Positions 36,921 through 49,500 of a stretch of DNA of 64,000 nucleotides are shown in pieces. Positions within the stretch are counted from its first letter, which is position 1; each line of letters begins with the position of its first letter. The notes beneath the pieces were generated by a model. The model saw only the letters and a program-made list of their open reading frames with translations, searched no databases and was not told where the DNA came from. The DNA comes from Octopus bimaculoides. Taxonomy: Eukaryota. The stretch is from NCBI RefSeq assembly GCF_001194135.2, contig NC_068983.1:67251249-67315248 (forward strand). The letters run 5' to 3'. The position numbers were made by a program, and so were the translations under genes.

Positions 36921-39900
36921 ATATATATATAAACTGATGCAAGAATCTAAATTGCTTTCTATCTGTAGGTATGAATGCCAATTCAGGTTCTACAAATTTT
37001 AAAATTTCATCAATCTGAAAATCATTTATTTCCCACATATACTATGTTTATTTCATGCAATATCGTATTTATTCTCTGCAACGCCATCATAAGTGATACA
37101 TTATTTGCATCATGTGGAAAATTTTCCACCAATATTATCCAAATGATATCGCTGTTATATTTACAATTTACCCAAGACTAGGCCTCTGTGCAATGCATCC
37201 CCTACAAAGGTCAAGATCACACCACATAAAAACTTTGCAACACAATTTCTTCACTGCAAATGGGCCTTCTCTTTTCAATGTTATCCCGAAAGAAATTAAA
37301 GTAGAAAAAGGCCCAACAACTTTCAAATGGTACCTGGACAAATTCCTCCAGGAAATACCAGATAAGCCACCTACACCTGGATACATTTCAACCAACAACA
37401 ACTCTTTGCTTGAGTGGCCCATGGTGTCCCAAAACAATTAATTGAAAGACTTTTCGAGGTGGTGGTATTGAGTTAGTCATGGTTTAGACCATTAATGGCT
37501 GAAACCAATCTAAGTTAAGTTATCTAATCTAAGTAATCTGTTTTACAAACTTTTAAAAACAAATTTGAACAAAAGGAGGGACATAGATAATAGAAAATTG
37601 AGCCAGATACTTCACAGTTTCATGTTCAGTGCTGTTTGTTTCTGAGTTCAAATGCTGCAGGATTTAACTGTATCTTTCATCTGTGTGTGTGTGGGAGGGG
37701 GGGGGTTAACTATATAAATGGGAGTAATATATGGGTAAGCTAAGTAACATCTTATTTTTTTACAGTATTCTCGTTTTAGTAATGTTTAATAAGCTAACAT
37801 ATTTTTTCTATCGTCAGTGTAGTTTGTTTTTTTTTTTCCTTTATAGCAATGAAAAATTGCTTTACTTTCTAATACCTTGTAATAATTCTGTTTATGTATG
37901 TGTATGTTTTTATTTATTAATTTGTGTATCATTTTGTTTGTATTTGTTTTGTTCTACATTTCTTTTTGATCTTTGTTCTTATCTTCTTCAGAAATATGAA
38001 GCCATTGAAGTCTGCCAGAAAAGTTTGTTCCATATTGAACTAACGAAATCAGTCGCAGATCCTGAATTTGGCTTCCGAGTGGAGGCAGAATTATCAGATC
38101 ACTATGATAAGGATGATGAATTACAAGTTTATGTATGTGAGATCAAACCAGGAGGTTTAGCTCATCGGAAAGGTCATTAGAATTTCATCTTTTATTATTA
38201 GAAATATATATTTGTGTGTGCATGTAATATTAGCCCTTTCTTAGTCAGCACATGAAAGCTATGTTAATGCAATGGCTTTGTGTCATTCTTCACAAGCAAA
38301 TCTTGTTAATAAGAAATAATTGTCAATATAAAACATTTCGAATAGCTTCTGCAAATCAAAGACTAAAACATTTATTATAGAAAAAAATTTTCAGACTAAT
38401 TTCATCTAATTTTAGAGATGAAAGATCATGTGAAATGGGAGAAAATCAAGATCAAAAGTGCTGATGGATTAACTTAAAACTGAAAAATATCACAGATGCA
38501 AATAACCAACAGATAATTCTATCAAAATGCTGGATATATACATGCATATATATATATATATATATATATATANNNNNNNNNNNNNNNNNNNNNNNNNNNN
38601 NNATATATATATGTGTGTGTGTGTGTGTGTATTTTTTTCAATGTGTATAAATAACATGGAAAAAATAAATAGTTACCAGGGTAGCAAAAGTTCACATAAG
38701 TGCCAAGGATATTATACCCTACATATAAAGGTATAAATTCCAGGGTTAAGTAAAATGTCTTTGTATAACAAAGATAAATTAAGAAATGGAATTAAACGCA
38801 GGTGTTATTCAAATCTTCATACTTCCGATATATGTTTCGAAGAAAACATTGATATTATTCCGGATGGAATAAAAACTATGTAAAACAATGTAATCATCTC
38901 GTCAGGGAAAAAAGAGAAATAAAAAAACACATCAGTAAGCCATTTTAACTGATTACCACATATATGATGAACGGGAATGCTGGCAAGTTATTTTCTAAAA
39001 TAACGTTAATAGATTTAATGTCAAAGGCAATTTAGAGAATTGCCTTTGACCTTAAATCTATTAACAGCATTGTCTGTCACTGAACAGTCTGAAATGCAAA
39101 TGGCAGTCTCTTTCACAAAAGCTGCACTTGTGACTTGTTCCAGTACTGTTTAAGTTGTTGTTTTTCCTTGGTCTTGTCTCTTCAGTATAGGGTGTTCAAA
39201 GGGACTCAGTCCTGGGTGATATGATATGGAAGACAGGTTATTGCTTATGCAGCATGTTTTCCCTCTCCACACTACTGATGCAGTCAAAGGAACAGCTCAG
39301 CCATTACAATTTCACACTAGCGTCATCATAGGAGTTGCCAGAATGAGGTTGTAGACAACATTGGACTGCCTCTAAGACTCCAACTCCCAATTTTTTCTCA
39401 GGCTTTATTCTCAAAGTCTTTTCCACAGCTGGGTATGGCCACAAGGTAGTGGGGGTTTGGAATCAGAGTTTTCCTTCTCCTAGATGGGCTGCCAGCCCCT
39501 GAGCTAATGAGCTCTATCTGCCCTAACTGACTTGCTAATTAACCTCACCTGAGACCAGACAGGTGTCACTATTTCAGATCAGAGTAGACCTGGGAACAAT
39601 AGTGGCTAAGAGGTGGTTCCACAGCCCTCAAAACCTTGGGATTCCCAAACTAAGACCCCACTACAGTGTTATCTTGCCTTTTACTTTTTTACTTTTTCTT
39701 ATCTTAAACAGTCATAGTGTATTTTCAGAGTTAGTGTGAAGAGTTTGAAGAGACTCCAGCAACTGAATTAGCTGTAAATTTAATTGCATTTGGAAATAAT
39801 GGAAAGTGATTACCTGTTGTCATTGGATGTATTTCAGTCTCAGGCTTCACAACGATATAAAGTAGATTTACTTGGCAGTGAACATCTTTCAAAGTATCCA

Positions 39901-42900
39901 GAAACAAGTTGTTTATTTCTCTTTGTATGGTCAAATATATTATCTATTTATTTCATGCACATTTGGAGCTTTTATTGGAAGATGATGCATTAAATTGTTA
40001 ATATCAAGTAAAATATTGGCTTTAGCTTTATTTCATTTATTTATTACATATTCTATCCTTTTTGTAGTTACAAGTATGTTGAAAATATTCAATGATTTCA
40101 TAGTATTCTATCCTTGTAGTTCTTATCATTGTTTAGTTCTACATTAGCTCTCATCAAGCAAACCTATGATCAAAGGCATTCCAGCTGTGACTTTCCATCT
40201 TTTGATTAACATGTCTTTTTAAGACATAGGTATGGTAAGAAGGGAGATGCAATGGCCCAATGGTTAGGGCAGCGGACTCGCGGTCGTAGGATCGCGGTCG
40301 TAGGATTGCGGTCGTAGGATCGCGGTCGTAGGATCACGGTTGTAGGATCGCGGTCGTAGGATCACGGTTTCGATTCCCAGACCGGGTGTTGTGAGTGTTT
40401 ATTGAGCGAAAACACCTAAAGCTCCATGAGGCCTAGCAGGGGGTGGTGGCGAACCCTGCTGTACTCTTTCACCACAACTTTCTCTCACTCTTATTTCCTG
40501 TTTCTGTTGTTCCTGTAATTCAAAGGGTCAGCCTTGTTACACTGTGTCACGCTGAATATCCCTGAGAACTACGTTAAGGGTACACGTGTCTGTGGAGTGC
40601 TCAGCCACTTGCACGTTAATTTCACGAGCAGGCTGTTCTGTTGGTTGGATCAACTGGAACCCTTGACGTCGTAAGCGATGGAGTGCCAACCACAACAATG
40701 GTAAGAGGGAGATTAAGCTGCTATTTTTAGCAAGCAAAATTATCTGTGGATAAATATTTTACTTCCCTTTTTTGTGTTTTTAGGTTTTCTTTTACCTTTT
40801 GTATTTAGTGGGGTAAGTAATGGTTAAGTTAAAAACACAAGAATTCTTTATAATTTTTAAGAAGTTGTGTCATTTCCAAATTGGGCTTATTTCTGATATA
40901 GATATTGGTTTTACTATTATAACTCACCAGCAGTATAATTATTACAATGATGTTGCTTAACTGTTGATCTGACATAACTTTAGATATTCTCTTATTCTTA
41001 TACTGTTATATATTTTCTTTCTTTGAGATCAATTGATATGGTGTTTTTCAATAGCTAACTGGTGTATTTATGAGAAGAATATTCATGTATTTGCATGCAC
41101 ATGCACGTCATTAATGCATTCAGACACATAGTCATACATTTATACATATGTATGATGACATATTTCAATCCTATTGCATTTTTGATATTGCATTTATAAC
41201 TCTTTTAGAAACATGTTTACTCATAAATGAACCAAATTTTTTCTCTTTTTTATTAATGAATCAGATGAAGCAGAGCAGTTTGCATGACCTTGCAGGCTAG
41301 TGATATTGGTAGATAATATCTGTATGTTAACATCTATTAGGAAAACATTGATTGAGGAGGTATTGTAAAAAGATGCAGTGATATGAAAGAATGGCTAAGA
41401 TTTTAGAGTGAGATATTGTAGGACACAACAGGAATGCTTAGGATATGGATGTGTGTAAGCTTTTTCATCATTGCTTCTAAGTTTTTTTTATTTTCTTAAT
41501 TTGCAGGGTTGATTCCTGGGGATGAAATTTTAATCATCAATGGAAAGATAGTCTCAGAGCTTGATATGGTATTCATTGAAGCCTTGCTTCATGAATCCCA
41601 TTCTTTATGTATGACGGTTCAAACCTGTCGTGTTCAGGTTCCAACTGTGGTCAATGCAGGAGGGCCGTCAGCAGATACCAATGACAGCATTATCCAAAAT
41701 ACCATTGGCACTCCTCCACAGCCTAGAGACAAAGCCTTAGCTGATTTGTCTGTAGGCTCTCCAGGTAATATGTTTTCTGTTACATATTTCATTTTCTTTC
41801 TGGATATGTTTTCATTTGCATATTAATGTTGCTTTCTATTTATTTCACTATTTCCTGAAGCTGCTCCTTGCAGAAACATGTGATTCAATATACTACTTTC
41901 TATGGTGCATATTTAAAAGCTAATAATTGAACAATATAATTACACTGTTAGAGGATGAACAGTGTTGCTACTGTAGATATAGGCTGTTTATACATTAAAC
42001 GTAAGATCCAGCAGAGCATGAAAAATAGAGGTAGAAGCTGAAAAACATTATTTAAACTAAAATCAGAATGAGAAAAAAAACGACATGGTCAGGTGAAGTG
42101 TGAATAATATGCATTCGATAAACTGATACATAAATTACAAATCACAAAAATATATAAAATTATGAAATATTCAAAAAATATATGGAAAAAGGATTTATTA
42201 TTATTAACGTACCCAAGCAGAATTCCTAGAGTTAAAGGAATAACCAACTAGACATTCCACCTGCAAGAAATAATAGTCAAATCCCTTTTGAATTCCATCC
42301 TGTCTTATAGCATAGATATGCTGTTCCCAAAGAAAGGATAGTACAGTAATGGCTGGAACACCTTTGATTATTTGTTTGCTATGTCAGAGATGACTTGTCT
42401 CTCTCACATTAATAGATATGTGTTTGATAGTCACAACTGACTTCAATAAAAACAATTGCAAAGTGATTCTAGATATCTCGGGTTTTCAGTAGTTCAAGGT
42501 TTTTACTGTACCTTAATATTAAGGAGTTATTGTTGAATATATTTGGTTTCAAAACTTCTTGTTTGTAATGATAAACACAATACTTCACCTGTTTTCATTT
42601 TTCTATTATTCCCTATTTTATCTGTGAGATGTATCAGCTTTAAGCTAGGTGGTTGTCAAACACGTTATTTCAATCTAACAAAAAGGACATGATTAAGTAA
42701 TGTGATACATTAGTGTATTCATTCATGTGAACCAACTAAGAATATTATTGACATTTAAACACAACAATTGACTTTCATAATAATAGCTTCTTTCATGTAA
42801 CAGTTACTACTAGACATCTGACATGAAATGTCAAGTTTTATTGAGCAAGGTGAGAAATATCATTGGACAAAAATGGATACAATTTTTGTTCTCATCATAA

Positions 42901-43536
42901 TATGCACCTTAACATATAGTCAAAATATTTTTCACTCCAGCTCTTCTTTTATTTCTGTTAACATAGGTCGAGATTCCAGACAGGGCACTTTGTCACCACG
43001 AAAATCACCATTACCACCAAAGCTCTCTCCAAAAGAGATTGATGTTCTTCTAAAGGTAGTTGTTATTTTTTAACCATTTCTGTTTACTCCTGTTTTCTCT
43101 TTATAAATCTCTTTCTGACTGCTTTCATCAAACCTATACAACTTGAATTATTATTAAATGTAAATATAATAGATACTACATATTGTGGAAATGTATGTTA
43201 TGAGTGTTGTGCTGCTTCTAAGCCCGTAGATATTAAAAGATATGAATTATCAACTTTTTTAAGGAATGTCTATTCTTATTAAAATTGCTTGTGTGTGTGT
43301 GAGTGTATGTGTGTGTGTGCATGTGTGTGTGTGTGTATGCACGTGTGTATGTATAGTTGTTGGTATCAAGGTATCTTTTCTATATTTACAGACTACAAAC
43401 TATTTATATCCCAAAAAATTAACTTTAGGAAGTTTTCCTTGTTGTCTAAAAAATACATCTTGTACACACACATATATAGAATAGCAAGTATATCTTATTA
43501 TATACATGGAAACACAAATATATATATATGTGTATG

Positions 43537-43569
<33 letters not shown>

Positions 43570-46500
43570 ATAAATAATGTTTGTTGCCACTTCAACATGG
43601 CTGTTCCATATGGAACAATGTTACCACTCTCTTTTAACCCCAGGTGAACCCATGATATGGTAAACTTTTGGCTGCAATTTCTAGCAGGTCAAGCAGCCAC
43701 AAAAATTCTATGTATTTGTAGTACATGTGATGGCTTGATTGTAATATGTTTGATTGATGTGGTGCTCAGTATACATTTCTTGAGATGTCTAACATCTTTG
43801 TTTTGGTGTTGATAATCTCAACACATAATAGACACATACAGTAGGGATATAGGTAGAGTGTATTTAATGTGATTTCAGAGACACCCTTATGGTAGGATGT
43901 CATTTCATGTAAAATGAGAATATTTTTCCAGTATGGAATTATCTTCCACACTTGATTTGTGTTTCCATGAATCATATAATTTTGATTGAACTTGCTGTGG
44001 TGTTTGTTTAGCCACAGATCAGGCCTATTCTACTCATGGTTAGAAGTTTTCCAACATTCCCAATTTTTGCTTCTTCTCAAAAATATGGAACTACATTATT
44101 TAATATGTATTTCCCATTTTGAAGTACATTATTCTGTGATATAGAAGCTATTTGAGTGTCTACATAAAGCTTTACTTATAGGCAAATTTATAATCATGAA
44201 ATATAGCCTTATTGACAGATACTTCTTTCTAACAATATAGGAAATACCAGGCTTTTAAAGGCACTACTCAGTTATTAACAGCTATACTCTGAAAAAGTAT
44301 ATACCCTCTGGAACATAGGTTATCAGTCTTTATGTGATGAATATGTCTTCAGTTTTGTATTATAACTGTACAGTTAAGAGGGAAAGTTGTTTGTATTTTG
44401 AGAATTATATCTATTCAAAGCTGAGACATTAAATCCTCTAAGACTGAGCTTTTAAATTCATTTGCAAATAATAACTGCTAAATTCCACTCTAGGATATTC
44501 TTTAACCAATGTTTTCATTATCATAGTTTAATAAGGCAGCAAGCTGGCAGAATCATTAGCACACCAGGCAAAATGCTTAACGCATTTTGTCTGTCTTTAC
44601 ATTCCGAGTTCAAATTCCACTGAGATTGACTTTCCCTTCCATCCTTTCGGGGTTAATAAAATAAGTATCAGTTGAGCACTGGGGTCACTGTAATCAACTA
44701 AGCTCCTCCCCTGTAATTGCTGGCCTTGTGCCAAAATTTGGAATTATTGTTATAGTTTAGTCAAGAGGAAGGAAATGTGCCTATGACTTCCATCGACTCA
44801 GTGAGGTCGATTCCATTAGTGTGCTTTTTCAGTAGTTTTAAGTTGATAGCTGCAAGTAAAGCATGTGCAGGGAGGGATTTCCAGAAAATGTTCTGAGGAT
44901 AAAGGACTTTGCTATGTTGAGGATATATCCTCACTGGGAGTAATGCTTAGTAATGGTGAGGCCCAGCATTTGAAGAGTTTGTGAGGGTCCTAGTTGCATC
45001 TTGTTCTTGTTTTGGAAAGTGAGACGTTATAATGCTTTGTGATTGTGTCTTTTTACTATTAATAGAAACAAGATTGGTATAGCTCCATTGGAAGATATTT
45101 TTAAGGTCTCTATTTATGGAGCCATTGCAGATTTGGTTTGAGGTGTCTAGCTTGCCTGTAGACACTTGGGCGCTGAAGGTTAGAGGGAATGTAAAAAGGT
45201 ATCATCTGTGTAGGGGTGAGTTGTGCTTGAGGTGATAGCATGTAAGTCAGTGATGTGTATAGCATGACAAACTCAAATCCTAGAGTACTCTAGAGTACAT
45301 AGAATGTGGGTCAAAAAATCTCCATCACCATATGTTCTGAGAACAATCTATGAATCCAAAAGACAAGCAATAAATGAAGTCCATAAGTGACCAGTTTTAT
45401 TAAGAGACTCACCTGGTGGATATGATCAAAAGCTTTACTAATGGGGAAAGCAATAGCACTACTTTCACCAAATTTCTTGAGCCACTGATGAGTGATATGA
45501 GAGAGTATGTCTTGAGTAGATCCATATGGATGAACATTAAGAAGGAGAGAGGTTACAAGCTCTTGGCAAATTGAGAGTAATAGGAAATACATTATCAGAA
45601 GAGATGGCCTTGTTCGCTTGATGCAAGTGGAGGTACTTTCAAAATTGGTATCTGTGTGTGTATGTGTATGATGAAATCATTGTTGAGTTAAAAGAGATAT
45701 TTTGAAGGAGATTTACCTGATGTATGCAGTATGTATTTGTATGTAAAGTGACATTGTCTGTAGGAATACTGCTCACACAACCATTATGGTTCAATAGTGC
45801 TGCAAGGGGAAATTCTGCAAAGTTATTAATGATTCATGTAGCATGGGATCAAAAAGATAAGTACAGTAGGAAGCATCCATCATGGCTTTTGTGAATTTGA
45901 TACACAATTACCTATTTCTGAGGAACAGAAATGTTGTGGTAGCAATAGAATTCAGAGAGGAGGCTGTATGTCTACAGGCAAGAAACTGTAGTGTTTAGTG
46001 CACTTCTTTTGCTAGTCAGTATGCTTTTGAATGCTGTCTAGAATATTTGTGGATTCCTAAATACTTTATTTTATACCAAAATATATAGAAAAATTGCATT
46101 TAAGATTTTAAGCATTTTAAACAACATTCTGTAGGTAATAGATTTCACATTTCTTTCAAGTTCACTTAAAATATTTTACTGAAAATGAAACTGATCTTAC
46201 ATGGTGTACCAAGAAAAAAATGGAAATACATTTTACAGTATATACAAAAAAACATACAAATTGTCTGTTTTTAATACATGCACCAAGAAAGATAAGTTTC
46301 TGGAATAGTTGAATTTGATATGTATGTTAGTTTTTAGCATTTATTTCTCATGATTTCTGGTGAAATTGGTTATACCACGATACAGTTGTTCTAATTTTAT
46401 AAATTTTGTTCAGAATACTGAGCAGGTGACTGCAATGTGCCGTCTTCCTAATGAACCTTACCAGTTTGGAGAAGCTCCTTCCAGACCCTTATCTGAAGCA

Positions 46501-49500
46501 CAGAAGTTAAGGAAGGTCATCATGGAACTTCTGGAAACAGAGCGTGCCTATGTGAAGGTAATATTGATAGATTTTGAAATATTTGAATTTGTAACTTGGA
46601 ATGCCTCATCTATAATCAATTAAAGCAAACTAAATATAAGTGCTTCTCATCCATTAAGAAAATTGCATCAGGCTTTTGATTGCAACTTCTAATTCAATCA
46701 TTGCTATTATCTTGATTACAAATAAATAGTTGACTATGTCTTCAGAATAACTTGTAAAAATAGTAAGTGTAATGCATTTAAATTGGCAAACCTCAGTTAA
46801 CAGAACTGGAATTAATCATGTTCAGCTACAACAATGCTGAATTTGAAATAGCAGGTTTCATAATAGCCACAGCTAAAAAGTACTCATCTCATCATCATCA
46901 TCATTTAATGCCCATCTTCCATGCATGCATTGGTAGGACAGTTAACAGGAGCTGGACAGGTAGATGACTATCCCAGACTACTGCGTCTGTTTTGGCAAGA
47001 TTTTTATGGCTGGATGCCCTTCCTAATACTGACCACTCTGCACAGTAGACTCAGTGCTTTTTACATGGCACTATCACAGGCAAGATTAGTTCTGGCATCA
47101 TTTTTACAGCTGGATGCCTTTCTAAATGCCAACCACTTTACAGTGTAGATTGGATGTTTTTTACATGGCACCAGCCCTGACAGAGTCATCAAGTAACTTG
47201 CAAGACAAAGAATTTTGAGAGGGGGCAGGGACATTTGAGGATGGAACTTGTGCCAGAAGATGAAAGGTTAGATTGGGACGGAGAGACAGAAACAGCTGTC
47301 TTGTTATAACAGTGGGCGCATTGAAGGAGGTGATCTGGTGTCAGATGATGAATGGTTAGAGCATGGCAGAGAAACAGGTGTCTTGCTATAGAGGAGGTAT
47401 ATGGTTACCCAGCAAGAAAGAGAAAGTTGTGTTAGTGAGATAATGTCACAAATACAACAGATGCACCTTAATTTTTCTAACAAATAGTTTAATTGCAAAG
47501 TATCATCATAAATTAAATCTTAGAAAAAGTTTTGATTTATACTTCAATTAAATTGTTTCTTGTGGGAAATGATTTGAGAAGACATGTTAAATTTATTTGA
47601 CTTGTAACTGAAAAACTGATATCATCATAAATGCTGATCAATTATTTACCAACCACTTACATGTGACTTTGGTCTAAAGTGGAGTTTTTTTTTAATGACT
47701 AGTTATGTGCATGATAGTAAAAAAAAAATGTAAAGTTAATTCCAATTGTAAAGCATTGCTTATAAAAACACTATTTCCTTTCATTTTATTGTATACCACT
47801 TATATCATATCTGTACAGGACCTCAATGTGTTGATTGAGCGGTATTTAAATCCTCTGAAGGCAGAGACACTCTTGACATCGGATGAGATAATGCAGTTGT
47901 TTGGTAATATCCAGGAGATTGTTCAATTTCAGGAACAATTTCTGCAAAGTTTAGAAGAAGCCATAGAGCTAGGGGGTGACTTCTTCACCCTTGATGACCC
48001 AAAGAAATTTCGGGTAAGTGAACCTTAAAACTAAAACCAAATGTGTTGTCATTTTCAGTAATGTTTTTGTTTGGTTTTCAAAAATACATTATTGTTTATT
48101 GCAACAAAGAACAGCAATTAATTAAACTTACCTTTCAGAAATATTGTTTCTGCAGTACACCATTTGCTTTTTGCTACCATTTATCTTTCAGCCTAACAAC
48201 ATTTTTCAACAAATTCATCAGTCTGCTAGTAATATGTGAGATACAATAGCCAACATGGGCATTTACTGTTGAACTTAACTAAAAATTACACAATATTATG
48301 AAATTAAATTTTTTTAGTGGGATGTTGTTTAGACAAATTAACCCTCTAAAATTTGATAGCTCACACAAACGTTATCATGCTTCAAAAAGTACTCATAAAA
48401 TACATTGGGTTTTAAGGATCATTGGTATCAACAATATAATGAATATACTGTATTTTGTACTTTATCATAAGTAGGTTTATGTTTTCTTTCTAAATTTTAG
48501 CATTAGATCTTATGAGCCTGTCGTTTTCTTTGTTCCTCATATTTGATAGCTTTTTCAAGGTAAAATTTTAGTATATCCAGACCAGTGTGTTTCTTTTATT
48601 CTGAGCAAAAATAGGGATGCAACCATAACTTTATGCTTAATAGAAAAAGAAAACAGATTCATTAACTATTTCCTATCAGAGTATTATATCACTAATCTAT
48701 TTTGTATATAAAAGATGTATTTAAAAAAGGGTACAAAAACATACTATTTATTATTCGTCATTGACTGAAAAATATTTTAAAGAAATTAAACATTTACTAT
48801 CAGTCTTAAAAAGAAAGGTAATTTTAATTAGAGACAATATGGAATTGTCCACCTTAAAACATTTTATCTACATGAACTCCAGCTATGCCTACTAAATTGT
48901 TGCTATTTGTTTTACCCCAAAACTTATTTTAGTTATGGAGATGACTAAAAGTATTTTTATGATAGCTTCTACTACCTAAAAAATGCTGAGAGATCTCTGT
49001 ATGATTTCATATTTGCATATTAATTGCTTGTGTAAAATAAGGAATCACTTCTACTTTGCCTATACACCAATACTTATATATCTTATTACAAAGACACAGT
49101 ACAAAACTGTGGGAGCAAGGAACTATTTATTTCAACACTACTATGTATATATAATACGATTAAAGTTTGAATCTTTCAAAATGCTGCATTGCAAAAGACT
49201 ATTGTAAATAATAACAAGATGTCTTTCCCCTAATCTGTCAAGTAGGAAATGATTGGTTAGTATTTAAATGAAAATTGCTTTAATATTTCATTTCACTATT
49301 TTCTTCCATTTCTTACCAATTCCTTAAAATCTTCACAAAAATAGATGCATGATATTGTTTGAAAAAATATTTGTTTTCATTCATTTTAATATTGTAATAT
49401 AAAAGAAAGCCCTCTCCCCTCTCCTCCAGCTTACTGGTTGCTTTATAAATAAAATGTATAAAAAAACTTTATAGGCTGTTGCAGGATTCTCTTTCACTAG

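Noticed and set aside
38690-38930. Penelope-like terminus (atgtttcgaag...catctcgtcaggg)
   Set aside because: Recall-level similarity only; no coding remnant visible.
39160-39650. GC-richer block resembling a LINE 5' UTR
   Set aside because: No second copy in the window and no ORF; family cannot be supported.
40241-40380. Functional tRNA gene
   Set aside because: Only the tRNA-derived head of a SINE; the cloverleaf is disrupted by tandem repeats and the element has a TSD.
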